Shown here one piece after another: positions 48,301-59,484 of a stretch of 64,000 nucleotides of DNA. This DNA comes from Macrostomum hystrix (taxonomy: Eukaryota; Animalia; Platyhelminthes). The DNA lies in assembly GCA_950097015.1 (NCBI GenBank), contig CATNEN010000001.1, positions 24,986,001-25,050,000 on the forward strand. The letters are read 5' to 3'. Both the position numbers and the translations under genes were made by a program. The notes below the pieces were generated by a model. It was not told the origin of the DNA. It searched no databases and saw only the letters and a list, made by a program, of their open reading frames with translations. Position 1 is the first letter of the stretch; the number at the start of each line of letters is the position of its first letter.

Positions 48301-51300
48301 TGGTTGGGAAACTGGCATGCTTATTCAACAGCAGAGCACTGCAGACACACGCGCAAGCAGCACAGACTGGTTAGGAAACTGGCATGCTTATTCAACAGCA
48401 GAGCAATGCAGACACACGCGCAAGCAGCACAGACTGGTTAGGAAACTGGCATGCTTATTCAACAGCAGAGCACTGCAGACACACGCGCAAGCAGCACAGA
48501 CTGGTGGCACTGGGCACTCACTTAGACGCCTCTTCTGCGTCACGGTGTAAACTCGCAGAGTTGTTGCGGGGCCGCCGCCGCCAGCAGTTCCGCTGCCAGC
48601 AGCCCCAGGGGCCTGGCGACCCATCCAGGCGCCGGAGTTGAGCTCGGCACGCATATAGTCCTTCTTGGCTTGATGCACTTTGCCAGCCGACTGCTTGCTC
48701 TTGAAGAATCTCGCACCGCTGCCGCCTTCGCCCGGACTGTCGCCAGCTCCGCCCGATTCGAATCGGCGATTAGACAGCGCCTTGATTGCCGCGTCGACGT
48801 CCTGGTTGCAGTCGGCCAGGCACTCGGCTAGGCGCACCTCGGGCAGGCTGGGAAACGAGTCGCGCAGGATTCGCAGGGCCGTCTGCGGCTCCGATGCGTC
48901 CTCCAGCTCCACAGCGGCGGCGGCTGCTGTATCATTGCCGCCTGCTTCAGCGTCGACGTCGATGTCAACATCCTGTCGTTCAGGTTGTTGCTGCTGCTGC
49001 TGCTGGGACAGTCTGGGAGTTGTGGGGTTGGCGACGGCGGCGGAAGAGGAACGCGAGTCGTCTTCGCCTTCAACGATGGAAGCATCGACGCTGCTGTCAG
49101 CGTCGTTGACAGAAGCTCGGCCACGATGGTCGATCACAGCAGAGCTGGGGGAAAGCACAGGTATAACTAATTAGTAACTATGACCAAAAAAAATGCTTAG
49201 TAGGCGGTATGATCTAGTGGTAGATGTGATATTGGATAATTTGTTGTAGGATACAAGAATATATTTATTATAGCTCATATGAAATAATGGTCAATGGATT
49301 TAATAATACTTTCTACACTCTACAAAGTACTTAACTGAAAAATCGGTCATTACACTATTTTCTAGCACAAAAAATTGTCATGTCACCCTTACTTAGAAAA
49401 ATTTCGGTCACTACACCCTTAACTAGCATACAAATCGGTCATTACACTCTTACCTAGCATTAAAATCGGTCACTACACCCTTAACTAGCATACAAATCGG
49501 TCATTACACTCTTACCTAGCATTAAAATCGGTCATTACACCCCAGCTATTAAAACCGTGTCGCCACACCCAAACAACGCACCTGCCATCGGCCGCCTTGA
49601 CGCCGTGCGTGAACACCCTTGACCGGACATTGCTCTTCAACTTTTGCTTCAGCGCCCGTTCAGCGTCCTTGTCGGCGCTGACAACCCGCCGGTAGCAGAG
49701 ATCCTCTTTGGGCGATCGGCCAACCTGGGATCGGCGATTGCCGCGCGGCAGCGGCAACGTGACGCCGGCGCCGCCAACGGCTGGCGACGAAGCCGGCTGG
49801 CCTGGCGCAGCGGGGGCAGCAGCAGCTGGCGACTGTTGCTGCGCTGTGGTGGCAGCAGCCGCAGCAGCAGCAGACTTAGATGAAGATCGCTGAGCTGGTG
49901 TGGCAGGCTTCGGTTGAGAATTCTGCTGCTGCTGCTGCAGTCTGGCAGCCAGAAGCAGAGGCGGCACAATGGTCTGGTCTTTCTTCTCCTGCTCTTTAGT
50001 AAGCAAATCCATGGCGGCCCGGCAGTCGAAGTTGGCCTTGCTGAACGAATCGCAGACTAGGCGCTTGGGCAGGGATGGAAACTGGCTTTGGATGTAGTCC
50101 ACATTGGCCTTAAACTCTTCCACCGAGATTTCCATGAGCTGGATCTTGACGCTGGTGTGTGGGAAGATAGAAATCATAGGGCATACATTTAACCCATGAC
50201 AAATAAATTGCCAAAAAAAGTTTTATTAGCTAAAAAATCTACTTACTTTCCAGTGACAGCCTGAGGTGCAGGGCTTGAAGTCTCAGGAAGTTTTCTAGTT
50301 AGTTGCTCTACAATGTAAAGAGTTTGCTGCAAGTGTACTGAATGGCAAGCCATAGTTACTAATATTGTTTTAAAATTATTTATTTCTAAAAATTGTATAG
50401 GCCTAATTCTGACAAATATGGTAATATTTATTTTGAGCATTTTTAGTAACTAAAAAACCAGTTTTCTGTCTGAAATAGAAATGAATACTAAAAAAGCCCA
50501 TTTTAGCCTTTCAGTTTTTTGTTTCTACAAAAACTGTTTTACAATCTTCTTTTGTAACTTTAAAGCTATCAGCTATAATATTAGCTTAATTTCAGCATTT
50601 GAAATTCAAACCCTGAAGATTTGTTTCTGAGTAGGGCCAAACTATAGTATGAAATATACCAACAAAATTAGTTTGATATCAGGTAGCAAACTACTTGCAA
50701 TATTCCATTCCGGCTAAACAAACTTAAAATACACCTAACCTCTATAATTGGATAACCCGCATAACTTCTATATACTCATAACTTTCTTATAAGACATTAG
50801 ATGATCATTATGTTGTAAACAAGTATTATATTATAGTCATAGGCCTAGCTATATTTCTATACTCATATTAGCTTATGCTAGGCCTACATCATTTTCCTGA
50901 TTAATTACATCATTACTTTAAATATGCCAGCTTATGCTTAGGCTAAAACAAGATTCTGTGTTATTATATATTCTTTAAAATAAAACAAATACTAATAAAG
51001 GTAGCTGATCATCAAGCTTAAACAGCTAGGCCTATAGATTTTACATTCAAAGTAGCTAGTGTAAGATTGATTGAGTAACTCATACTTAAAACTACCTAGA
51101 ATGAGGCCTTATTGCATAATTGACTTTATTTTATCTTGAATCAATACATTTTAAACAGCTTGCTATTAAATAATTCAAATGGCCCTACATAAACAGACCA
51201 ATGTGAAATAATGGTTCTATTCAGCTATACAGCATAGCTAACAAATCACTTACCATGACTAACATTAACAGGCTGTTCATTGCCATTGTCATTTGCATTT

Positions 51301-51479
51301 GCACCAGATGAGCCTTCTTCAGGGGCAACAACTAAATCTGCTACATATGCAGAAGCTGGCTCAAATGGTGGAGTGATTGATTGTAGCATAACTTGATGAT
51401 GATCAGGCGCCTCTGCAACAACTTCATTCAACTGGGCTAAAAAGCTTTCTTGCTGAAGTGGTTTTTCAGACTCTGACAT
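36346..51479 (-). CDS. SMARCAD1: SMARCAD1/Fun30/ETL1 SNF2-family chromatin remodeller (~1355 aa, 10 coding exons)
   Basis: Exons 51479-51254, 50307-50247, 50151-49582, 49144-48522, 47599-47418, 46972-46501, 45814-45586, 38833-38551, 38424-37656 and 36998-36346 (4068 nt, phases consistent). Two CUE domains (SQFPSLPK..., DSFPSLPE...); LKPYQ, GDQMGLGKT, DEAH, LLTGTPLQNNL, LSTRAGGLGINLTAAD and QAEDRCHRLGQ. Confidence 0.93.
37558..37640. repeat. (ACAG)n-type microsatellite beside a splice donor
   Basis: gacagacaggacagacagacagacag...agacagacag. Confidence 0.9.
38882..39725. repeat. 45-46-bp minisatellite (actactgggtcatgagtgggtcatggtgacccgtcaat(a/t)gaaaaa)n, ~18 copies
   Basis: 45-bp period (caatt at 39181 and 39226); each unit has an internal inverted repeat gggtca-tgg-tgaccc. 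Confidence 0.95.
40684..45480. repeat. 4.8-kb intronic satellite, 23-24-bp unit (gaccctgaagacacagggaaagca)n, ~200 copies
   Basis: Direct periodicity; lies inside SMARCAD1 intron 45585-38834. Confidence 0.98.
47075..47320. repeat. 21-bp minisatellite (aagatcccatctgagaatatc)n, ~11 copies
   Basis: Direct periodicity; explains the spurious LRWDLDI ORF. Confidence 0.95.
48234..48504. repeat. 67-bp tandem repeat, ~4 copies
   Basis: ggaaactggcatgcttattcaacagcagagcactgcagacacacgcgcaagcagcacagactggtta repeats with a 67-bp period. Confidence 0.95.
49338..49545. repeat. ~31-bp minisatellite (aaatcggtca(t/c)tacac(t/c)ctta(c/a)ctagcat) with 62-bp dimer
   Basis: attacactcttacctagc at 49441 and 49503. 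Confidence 0.9.
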
Positions 51480-52761
51480 AATAAGGCCTGATCTAGAAAA
51501 ACAACTAGCTAGGCCTATACTGAGCTGAAGTTTATCTGTTAATGATATATAATCGATGGTGTGGGTAAATTTTAATGATTGTTAGAACAGTAGCATATCA
51601 AACGCTTTTATCCCTTTGCAGGTAGGAATAACTATTAGGCCTACAAAGTATTAGGGCCTAGCGCTTAACTGAAGGGGAAATGTGACATGTACACTAGATC
51701 AAGCCAAAAATAAAATAAACCAGACAATAAATATATTCTCTAGATTGAACTCTTTATAAAGTTATTGTGTAATTTTTAAATGGAGCAGCGAACGTGACTT
51801 TTAGTGTACAAGCAAAAAATTTACTCAATACCCGAGATATAGAGCTGAAGTAGTACGGAAAGTAACAAGCAAGAAAAATAATATGTTGGACAAATTTGTT
51901 TTTCTCAGAAAATTTTTCTCTGCATTATAACAAAATATTTACTTTTATTCGTTAGTAAAAGCTTTGCTTGCTAAGTTATCAGATATTATACTAAAAAAGT
52001 CCTTTTAAAGACTGCTGCGCTATCAATATGCATCAAACTTTGTTTGTTAAAACGCAAAGTTGTTAAAAAACTAACCGCGATCTGCTGAATAAATGGTGCC
52101 ACAATAGTCCATCCAAAAGTCGCTCGCATGCGTGGATGTGTACAGTTACTGAGCACGTATATTTAATTTGTAACTTTTTGAAACAAATCACTTCTTAATG
52201 CGAAAATCTGCATTGGAATGAGTATCGAAATGGATGGGTCTTTGAAAGTATATTGTAGTTCCTTCATGAAAATTTACTACCGCCAGCAGAGCAAAATTGG
52301 CAATCTTTATTTTTTTGTAGAAAATTTCTTTAGAATAACCAACCAACTATTGCATAATAACTGAACTACCTTGATCAAAAAATGTTTTTTAAACTAAAAA
52401 TAGAACTGCAAATATATTATTTATACTCGTAGAATTGTTTGTACCTATCATTAGTTAAACTTATATGGAGTCGTGAGTTCAGTAAATAAAATTTTGCTTA
52501 GAGGGACTCATCATGTATTGCAGGATTTTTTGAGCTACCGAATTTTTTTTAGTCAAGGCAACTAAACAATAATGAGTATGCCATCAACCTCAAAGGTGCA
52601 GCTTTTCTTTTTTACGGAAAATTATGATATAGCAAATATATTTCATATCATATTCCATTTGCAGACGGATTGAAAATTTTAGCTTTCATATGAGTCTAAT
52701 GAAATTATGAGATCAGAACGATTAATGCAGGCTTTAAAATTATTCAAGTCTTTCGTCTTCA

Positions 52762-54018
52762 TCACTGGTGTTGGCTCAGTGTTCTCAGCACAGCGAAGTA
52801 GGAAGGCAGCTCAGGATCCTCTGTTGAGTCTTCAGCTTGATCCAGTACTGTGATTCCTGATGATTGAGGATGTTAAGCGATGGGACAGAACTCGCTGTCT
52901 TACCTCAGCTCGATTCAACATGTCTTCTCCATATTGCACAATCTCGAGTTAATCCCATCTGAATCCCATGTGAATCCTACCTCAAACCCACCTCCACAAC
53001 CCCCACCTCAATCCCATCTCAATCCCATTTCAATCCCATCTCAATCCCTGTTCAATCCCATTTCAATCCCATCTCAATCCCATCTCAATCCCATCTCAAT
53101 CCCATTTCAATCCCATCTCAATCCCATCTCAATCCCATCTCAATCCCATCTCAATCCCATCTCAATCCCATCTCAATCCCATCTCAAGCCCATCTCAATC
53201 CCATCTCAATCCCATTTCAATCCCATCTCAATCCCATCTCAATCCCATCTCAATCCCATCTCAATCCCATCTCAATCCCATCTCAATCCCATCTCAATCC
53301 CATTGCTATCTCACTTCAATCCCATCTCACTCTGTCTGCTGTAGGGTGGCGGTGCCTTGCTAAGCGAAGGTGTGCGGGGCAGGTGCCCAGCGGAGGCTGT
53401 TTCCGCCAGGTCGTGGTGGCCCTCGTGGGCGGCGTAGCAAGGCGAAGCCGTGACGGACACTGAATGTTGAATCAGGGATGGCATGTGTTAGAGAACGTGT
53501 ACTTTTGCTATGTTGTACAATTCGTATTAATTAACGTTTCAGCGAGTGCTAAACGGCACTTATAATCTCAAAGATAAAATCTCAAAGATGCTTACGGTCT
53601 ATATCACTGTAGGATGGTGGCAGAGGTGACCTGTGACAGCTTGGCTGTACCTGATTGCGGAAGCAGGGTCTGGCCTCTGTGGGTCGATTTTTGTGTTTAA
53701 GAAGCTTTCTGTGAGTCTAGTTGTGAGCACACTTCTTCGTTCACTTCAGAGCCACAAAGTTAGCTTACCCAGTACTCTGGTAATCATTGGCACCCGGCGA
53801 CTAGAATTGGCCAGGTTTCTGCGCGATAGAAAGCGTTTCAGCTGCACGAGCAGGCACGCCACAATGACCGTGAGCAGTATTAGACCACACGACTTCAGAA
53901 TGTTGGCCATGACCTCATCGTCTGGTGGCGATTTGAACATGCTGCAAGTTTGCCAGTTTTCTGAGGTGACACGATTTGGTCTACGAAAGAAATCAACGAA
54001 CAGTTCGATGCATACCAT
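52762..54018 (-). CDS. Putative small single-pass membrane protein with PY (PPxY/LPxY) motifs, ~157 aa
   Basis: Exons 54018-53769 (TM segment GLILLTVIVACLLVQL followed by KRFLSRR), 53459-53331 (..KAPPPYSRQ) and 52856-52762 (..PELPSYFAV..*) join through phase-1 GT-AG junctions with no stop. The start codon is uncertain. Confidence 0.5.
52950..53330. repeat. 11-bp minisatellite (tcaatcccatc)n
   Basis: Direct periodicity, ~30 copies, abutting the donor at 53330. Confidence 0.95.
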
Positions 54019-54613
54019 TTAGAAATTCATCCCCAATCCCAATAGTTGATCGCACAACTGACTCGGCAGTTCGCAACTTACCCGAAGAAGTACACATTTC
54101 TAGCTAGTCTATCGTCGCTCGCCGGAGTCGCCGCAGTGGTGATTGTAGCTCGCGACATCTCAAATTGAGAGCGAAAATGCCAGTGACAACTTGTTTGAGA
54201 ACTTATCAGTTTACTCAAACCTCGATATCTTCGATTAGATCTTTATGCCAGTCAGTCAGGGCCTCCTAAACCAATGCCCACCCGATGGCAACATCATTGG
54301 TTGGTTGCTGCTGGCCCGAGAGTATTGAAAAACTGCGTAATCGATTAAGAGTCTGACCATCAAAGCGTCTGCAGTCCTCCGCGCTCTTGTTTCCTACGGC
54401 CACGGCTAATGATGACAGTCAGCAGTGTCAGGTGGGTGGGGCCTGGGTGGCGGTCCAGCCTGTGTCGGGTTACCCGGCCATATGCACACGCATCGCAGAG
54501 ACGGCTGTAGTTGGTTGGTTGATGGAGTGTCAGATTGCATCTGAGCGCACAGCTCACAGGCTTCGATCGTTTCATATTCATTTTGTCTAGTGCAAAAGGA
54601 AAGCTATTTGCAT

Positions 54614-55335
54614 ATCCCAGATCTCGATCCCAGATCCCGATCCCAGATCCCGATCCCAGATCCCGATCCCAGATCCCGATCCCAGATCCCGATCCCAGAT
54701 CCCGATCCCAGATCCCGATCCCAGATCCCGATCCCAGATCCCAGATCCCGATCCCAGATCCCGATCCCAGATCCCGATCCCAGATCCCGATCCCAGATCC
54801 CGATCCCAGATCCCGATCCCAGATCCCGATCCCAGATCCCGATCCCAGATCCCGATCCCAGATCCCGATCCCAGATCCCGATCCCAGATCCCGATCCCAG
54901 ATCCCGATCCCAGATCCCGATCCCAGATCCCGATCCCAGATCCCGATCCCAGATCCCGATCCCAGATCCCGATCCCAGATCCCGATCCCAGATCCCGATC
55001 CCAGATCCCGATCCCAGATCCCGATCCCAGATCCCGATCCCAGATCCCGATCCCAGATCCCGATCCCAGATCCCGATCCCAGATCCCGATCCCAGATCCC
55101 GATCCCAGATCCCGATCCCAGATCCCGATCCCAGATCCCGATCCCAGATCCCGATCCCAGATCCCGATCCCAGATCCCGATCCCAGATCCCGATCCCAGA
55201 TCCCGATCCCAGATCCCGATCCCAGATCCCGATCCCAGATCCCGATCCCAGATCCCGATCCCAGATCCCGATCCCAGATCCCGATCCCAGATCCCGATCC
55301 CAGATCCCGATCCCAGATCCCGATCCCAGATCCCG
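54614..55335. repeat. Near-perfect 13-bp array (gatcccagatccc)n, ~55 copies
   Basis: Alternating GATCCCA and GATCCC, with one phase slip near 54740. Confidence 0.98.
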
Positions 55336-55812
55336 AGTTCGAATCCTTCAACTCACTGCATTCGCAAATCAGACAACTGGAAGCTCAAGAGAATCTCCGT
55401 GAACTTTTGTGACAGTCGGGACATTGGCTCTGTTTTATGTCAGCCGTTTAATTTGCCGCTCTGCAAGTCTCCTCACGCCATCAAGGCCTGAGGCTAGTCT
55501 AGTACAGGTACCTTAGTAACTAAATGAATCTAATCAATCTAATTTAGTTGCTCACAGTGCCTTCGAGTTTTTTTAGAGGTGAAATGACAATGCTCTTAAC
55601 TTACTTTACCAGCAACATAGTTTCGCATTTCTAAACGCGAACCTCCTTTGTTCGCCTGAGTGCGTGCTTATCTAAACATTTTCGGTATTTTTAACAGGGC
55701 CTTGCATTTCTTAGAAAAGCCTGTGGATTTGAAATTTTCTTACCAATATCTAGAACTGCACTAATTTATCTAAACTTTGTCTATTTTGTCCAGGTCCACA
55801 CAACACTTCCTC

Positions 55813-58800
55813 ATGCTGCTCCTTTGGTCCTTCCAATGTCTCGCCTTCTGCCTGACTTTCTGGTTGGTGCCACCAGTGCTGGCAATCGATGGCGGCCTGA
55901 CTGCCCACTTTCGACAATGGCTGTCCAGCAGGGGCTTCAACACCGCAGCCCTCGCTAGAGACGACCTCGGCGTTACAGGCAGCTTCGGTGGGCGACTGAC
56001 GTCTAGCGAGCCGGTGATCAGGGAGCCCGTGATCTTCGTGCACGGCAACTCGGACCGGGCGATCGGCGGCGGCATGGGCGGCTGGGCCAAGGCTGCTGAA
56101 TACTTTGAGAGCCAGGGTGAGCGCCACAGACTCTGTTCTCATGCTCCGCGATGCTTCAGTCGTCCGACATGTCAGCTTATTTTTGTAAACTCGCTGCCGA
56201 TTCCCGGGGGAAACATTAAATTCTCAATGAATTATTCGAAGCAAAACAAGTATGCTTTAAATGCTGCTTAATCCATGGACTATAGGCTGCAAAACTACTC
56301 AAATTTATCCCCCTAGAGTACCCATCATAAAACTAGGTGAGCTGAAGTCTTAAAATGGTATTTCTTGCTGGTTGACACAAAATGTTTACTTTGGGATTTT
56401 AATCGGTAAAAACAGAACTATATCCCCACTGAATTACTAATAAGTAGTAACAAAGGTTTTAAATAGTCATTTCAAGTAACTTAAAAAATGTAGTTTTTTC
56501 ATGCTTTTCTGAGAGCCATGATATTTTCGAAATTTAATTTTCATGTTAATTTCCGATTAATATGTCAGATTCTGCAGTCTCATTGGAATACCTTCAGTTA
56601 TCTGACTATATGACACGATCATTGAGGAGAAATTTACATGTCCGAGATAGGAGCTAATGCATCAAACTTTTGATACGAAAGCTTTATTGTACGACAACCA
56701 TTAGTCCTAAATTCAAAGAATTCGACAATGGCACCTTCGCGCCTGATTACACTCGAGTGAGGCTGCGAGTCCTTCCGCAGCTGGTCTTTCGACCTTGCTA
56801 CCGGAATGATTTTCCACACATTTTGGGCGCGAATCCATGAGCAGAATCATTATGAAAATGTCCTCTTAGCTCAACGACTAATTAGTACTTTGCTTTGAAT
56901 CAAATTCTTTTGAAATTTACACTAAACAACACCAAAAACAATGCATTTGAAGGTAGCGCGAACGAGCCTAAAGGGTAGCGGCGTGGGGTTGGTGTCAGGC
57001 GAGAGGAGGGGGGACAGCCAATCACGAGAGAAGGGTGAGAGGTCATGATTCCCCACAAATTACTGGCATCACTTGGACACGATCAACAGGGGGTCGTATC
57101 CTAGTGTTTAGGGGGTTGGACTCACGACTAGAAGGTCGGGGATTCGATTCCCGACTCCACCGAAAGAATTAGTTCTTTAGAAAGACACTTAAATCTGCAT
57201 TGCTTCAGCTCACCCAACTATTAAATGGGTACCAGTACTTATTATTAATATTTTTATTTTGCTTTTAGCTCGTGTGTGGCCGTTCCACGCCGCGGCCACT
57301 TGTCTGTCGCCATGCGTGCACAGAGGCGCCGAATTTAGGTTTTTCAGTTTTCCATTCCCATATTTTTGCCAACCGCCGCGCAAACTTGCCTTGCCACAGG
57401 CTGCGAAGCGTGTTTCGCAGAAGTTTTTTATGAAGGTTTCTGAGGTCAACACGGATGCAGTTTTACTACACGCGACTATCATAGTCAAAACATACAACAA
57501 GCAGGCCCGTTCCGTCAAACAGATTCTGAACCACTAAACATTCTGTCTCCATAGAAAAACAAACGTTTTCTTAGAAAAGCTATTAGCCTGACCAGATATT
57601 TTGTCCAACTAAATCGGAACACGAATAGAATCTCCGGTGTGAATCAATTATTCCAGAAGGTCGTTTTCGATAGACCTCGCTAATTTATGTAGTCAAAAGT
57701 AGTTCTTTAAATTCAAAATTGTCAGAGCCAATTCTTCTTTTTAAGTACCTTTTGAAGGAACACTTCCAACACTTGAACTTTTTAAGTACCAGAGTATTCT
57801 TTCTGATCTTGTACTATATCGTGAGCGTTGTTTGACCTATATTTTGGTCTATAATATTTGTAATGCATTGAAATGTACATGAATAACTATACATTACACG
57901 CTCTGGCTCCAGTGTACATTAATAGTATTTATGAAAGACAGAACAATAATTTCGAGGCTTGCCTGAAAAATGAACTCTATAGGCTACACTTCAGCCGAGC
58001 TGTACGCTACCACCTGGGGCCCTGCGGACTCATCCAAGGCCACTGAGCAGACTCATAGCCTGGCCTACGTGAGCCAAATTCGCAACTTCATTCGCGCTGT
58101 GCTTCAGTACACTGGCGCTAGCCGGGTGGACATTGTGTCGCACTCTATGGGTGTAACCTTGTCGCGCAAGGCCATCAAAGGCGGCCGTCTCGAAGGCCAG
58201 GAGCTGGGCCAGCCCCTGACAAACCAGGTGGACACGTTTGTCGGAATGGCCGGCGGAAACTATGGCCTGACTACCTGTTACTTGGCGTAAGCAGTAAAAG
58301 TCTTGCCCGTTTTCACAATCTAGCTGCAGTGAACATAGGTCACTGAGCCTTAGAAACTTATGACATGACATGACGGACAGTCAAGAACAATGTTTACATT
58401 CGTAGATGTTTAGCATCTGAAGGGTCCAGACGATTGCTAATCCCATACTTCCTTAACCTCCGCAGCAGGGGGTCGGTTTCAAAGCGATTTAAGCCCACAA
58501 TCAGTTGGGGCGCAGCCGCGGAGAGAAGGCTTCGGGGCTTGTCGTGCAATTTACGCCCTTGAGGGCCAGTCTCCAAGGCACAGTGAGAGTGTACACTGCC
58601 TGACAATCAGAAAGTCAGGGCAGATGTACAAAGCTGTGTGAGCGTATGCTTTCCTACGGTATCTGTGTGTGTGCGTGCTCAGGAGTTAGCGAAATGGGCA
58701 GAATCGTCTACTCGCTGGCTGCGGGTCTAGTACCTCCGCAGCTTAAACCAATCCAATTTCTTTTCAGTCCTCTGGTGAAGACCTGCAACAGCCAGGACGG

Positions 58801-59083
58801 ATTCTATCCTGGCGTGCTCAACCCGCTAACGCAGCAGGTGTTCAGCCGCTCCCAGTTCCTCAACGAACTGCTGCAGTCGCCAGGGTTCGAGGGCGCCTAC
58901 CGCTACGCCGTCTGGTCAGTGGACGACGAGCTGCTCAGTCTGGGCTGCATTGTCTATGGCAAGGTCACGTGCCACTTCCCTGGCATGACAGGGGAGAAGC
59001 GGCTCACCGGAGTGAAGCACCTAGATGTGAAGAATGTGTATCCTGTCTACTTCAAGATGATCACCGATCATGTCATTCCGTAG
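55813..59083 (+). CDS. Secreted class-2 (Lipase_2 / EstA-like / nematode LIPS-like) lipase, 307 aa, 3 exons
   Basis: Exons 55813-56116, 57983-58286 and 58768-59083 (924 nt). Signal peptide; GSFGG; [10 protein letters not shown]; [13 protein letters not shown]; nucleophile VDIVSHSMG; candidate Asp (SVDDELL) and His (GVKHL). Confidence 0.9.
57089..57250 (+). mobile_element. tRNA/CORE-like SINE, short copy, in lipase intron 1
   Basis: ggactcacgactagaaggtcggggattcgattcccgactcc..ttctttagaaagacacttaaatctgcattgcttcagctcacccaactattaaatgggtacc matches 1845-1960. Confidence 0.7.
58465..58735 (+). mobile_element. SINE body copy in lipase intron 2
   Basis: gagggccagtctccaaggcacagtgagagtgtacactgcctgac..gtcagggcagatgt..ctcgctggctgcgggtcta matches 2086-2221. 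Confidence 0.7.
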
Positions 59084-59143
59084 CCTTGCTCGCTGCGATA
59101 CAATAAAGCTTAAAAATTGTTGCAAACATGCAGCACTTTCACG

Positions 59144-59484
59144 CAGTGGAATTGCAAGGATTTTTGTCTTGTGGGGGCCGCCGCGCCTTTTGGGGGCGCC
59201 ACTACCAGGGGGGCGCCACTACCAGGGGGCGCCACTACCAGGGGGGGCGCCACAACCAGGGGGGCGCCACTACCAGGGGGCGCCACTACCAGGGGGGCGC
59301 CACAACCAGGGGGGCGCCACTACCAGGGGGCGCCATGAGGCGTCATGAGTCGCCAGGGCCAATACTAGGGGGTGCCACTGTACTACTTGTACTATGGTAG
59401 TAGTGACAAAACATCACTTAGTTTTGTCTGCCGATTGGGGGGACCGCGGCCCCTCTCGCCACCCCACTCCCGGCTACGCCACTG
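59144..59484. mobile_element. hAT-type MITE containing a GC-rich 17-18-bp tandem repeat (gggggcgccactaccag)n
   Basis: Termini CAGTGG(aattgc).. and ..GGCTACGCCACTG; imperfect 8-bp flanking duplication ctttcacg / gtttcatg. Confidence 0.6.

Noticed and set aside
54535-55491. RS/PD-rich and GSGIGIWDRDL ORFs
   Set aside because: Translations of the 13-bp array, whose period is not a multiple of 3.
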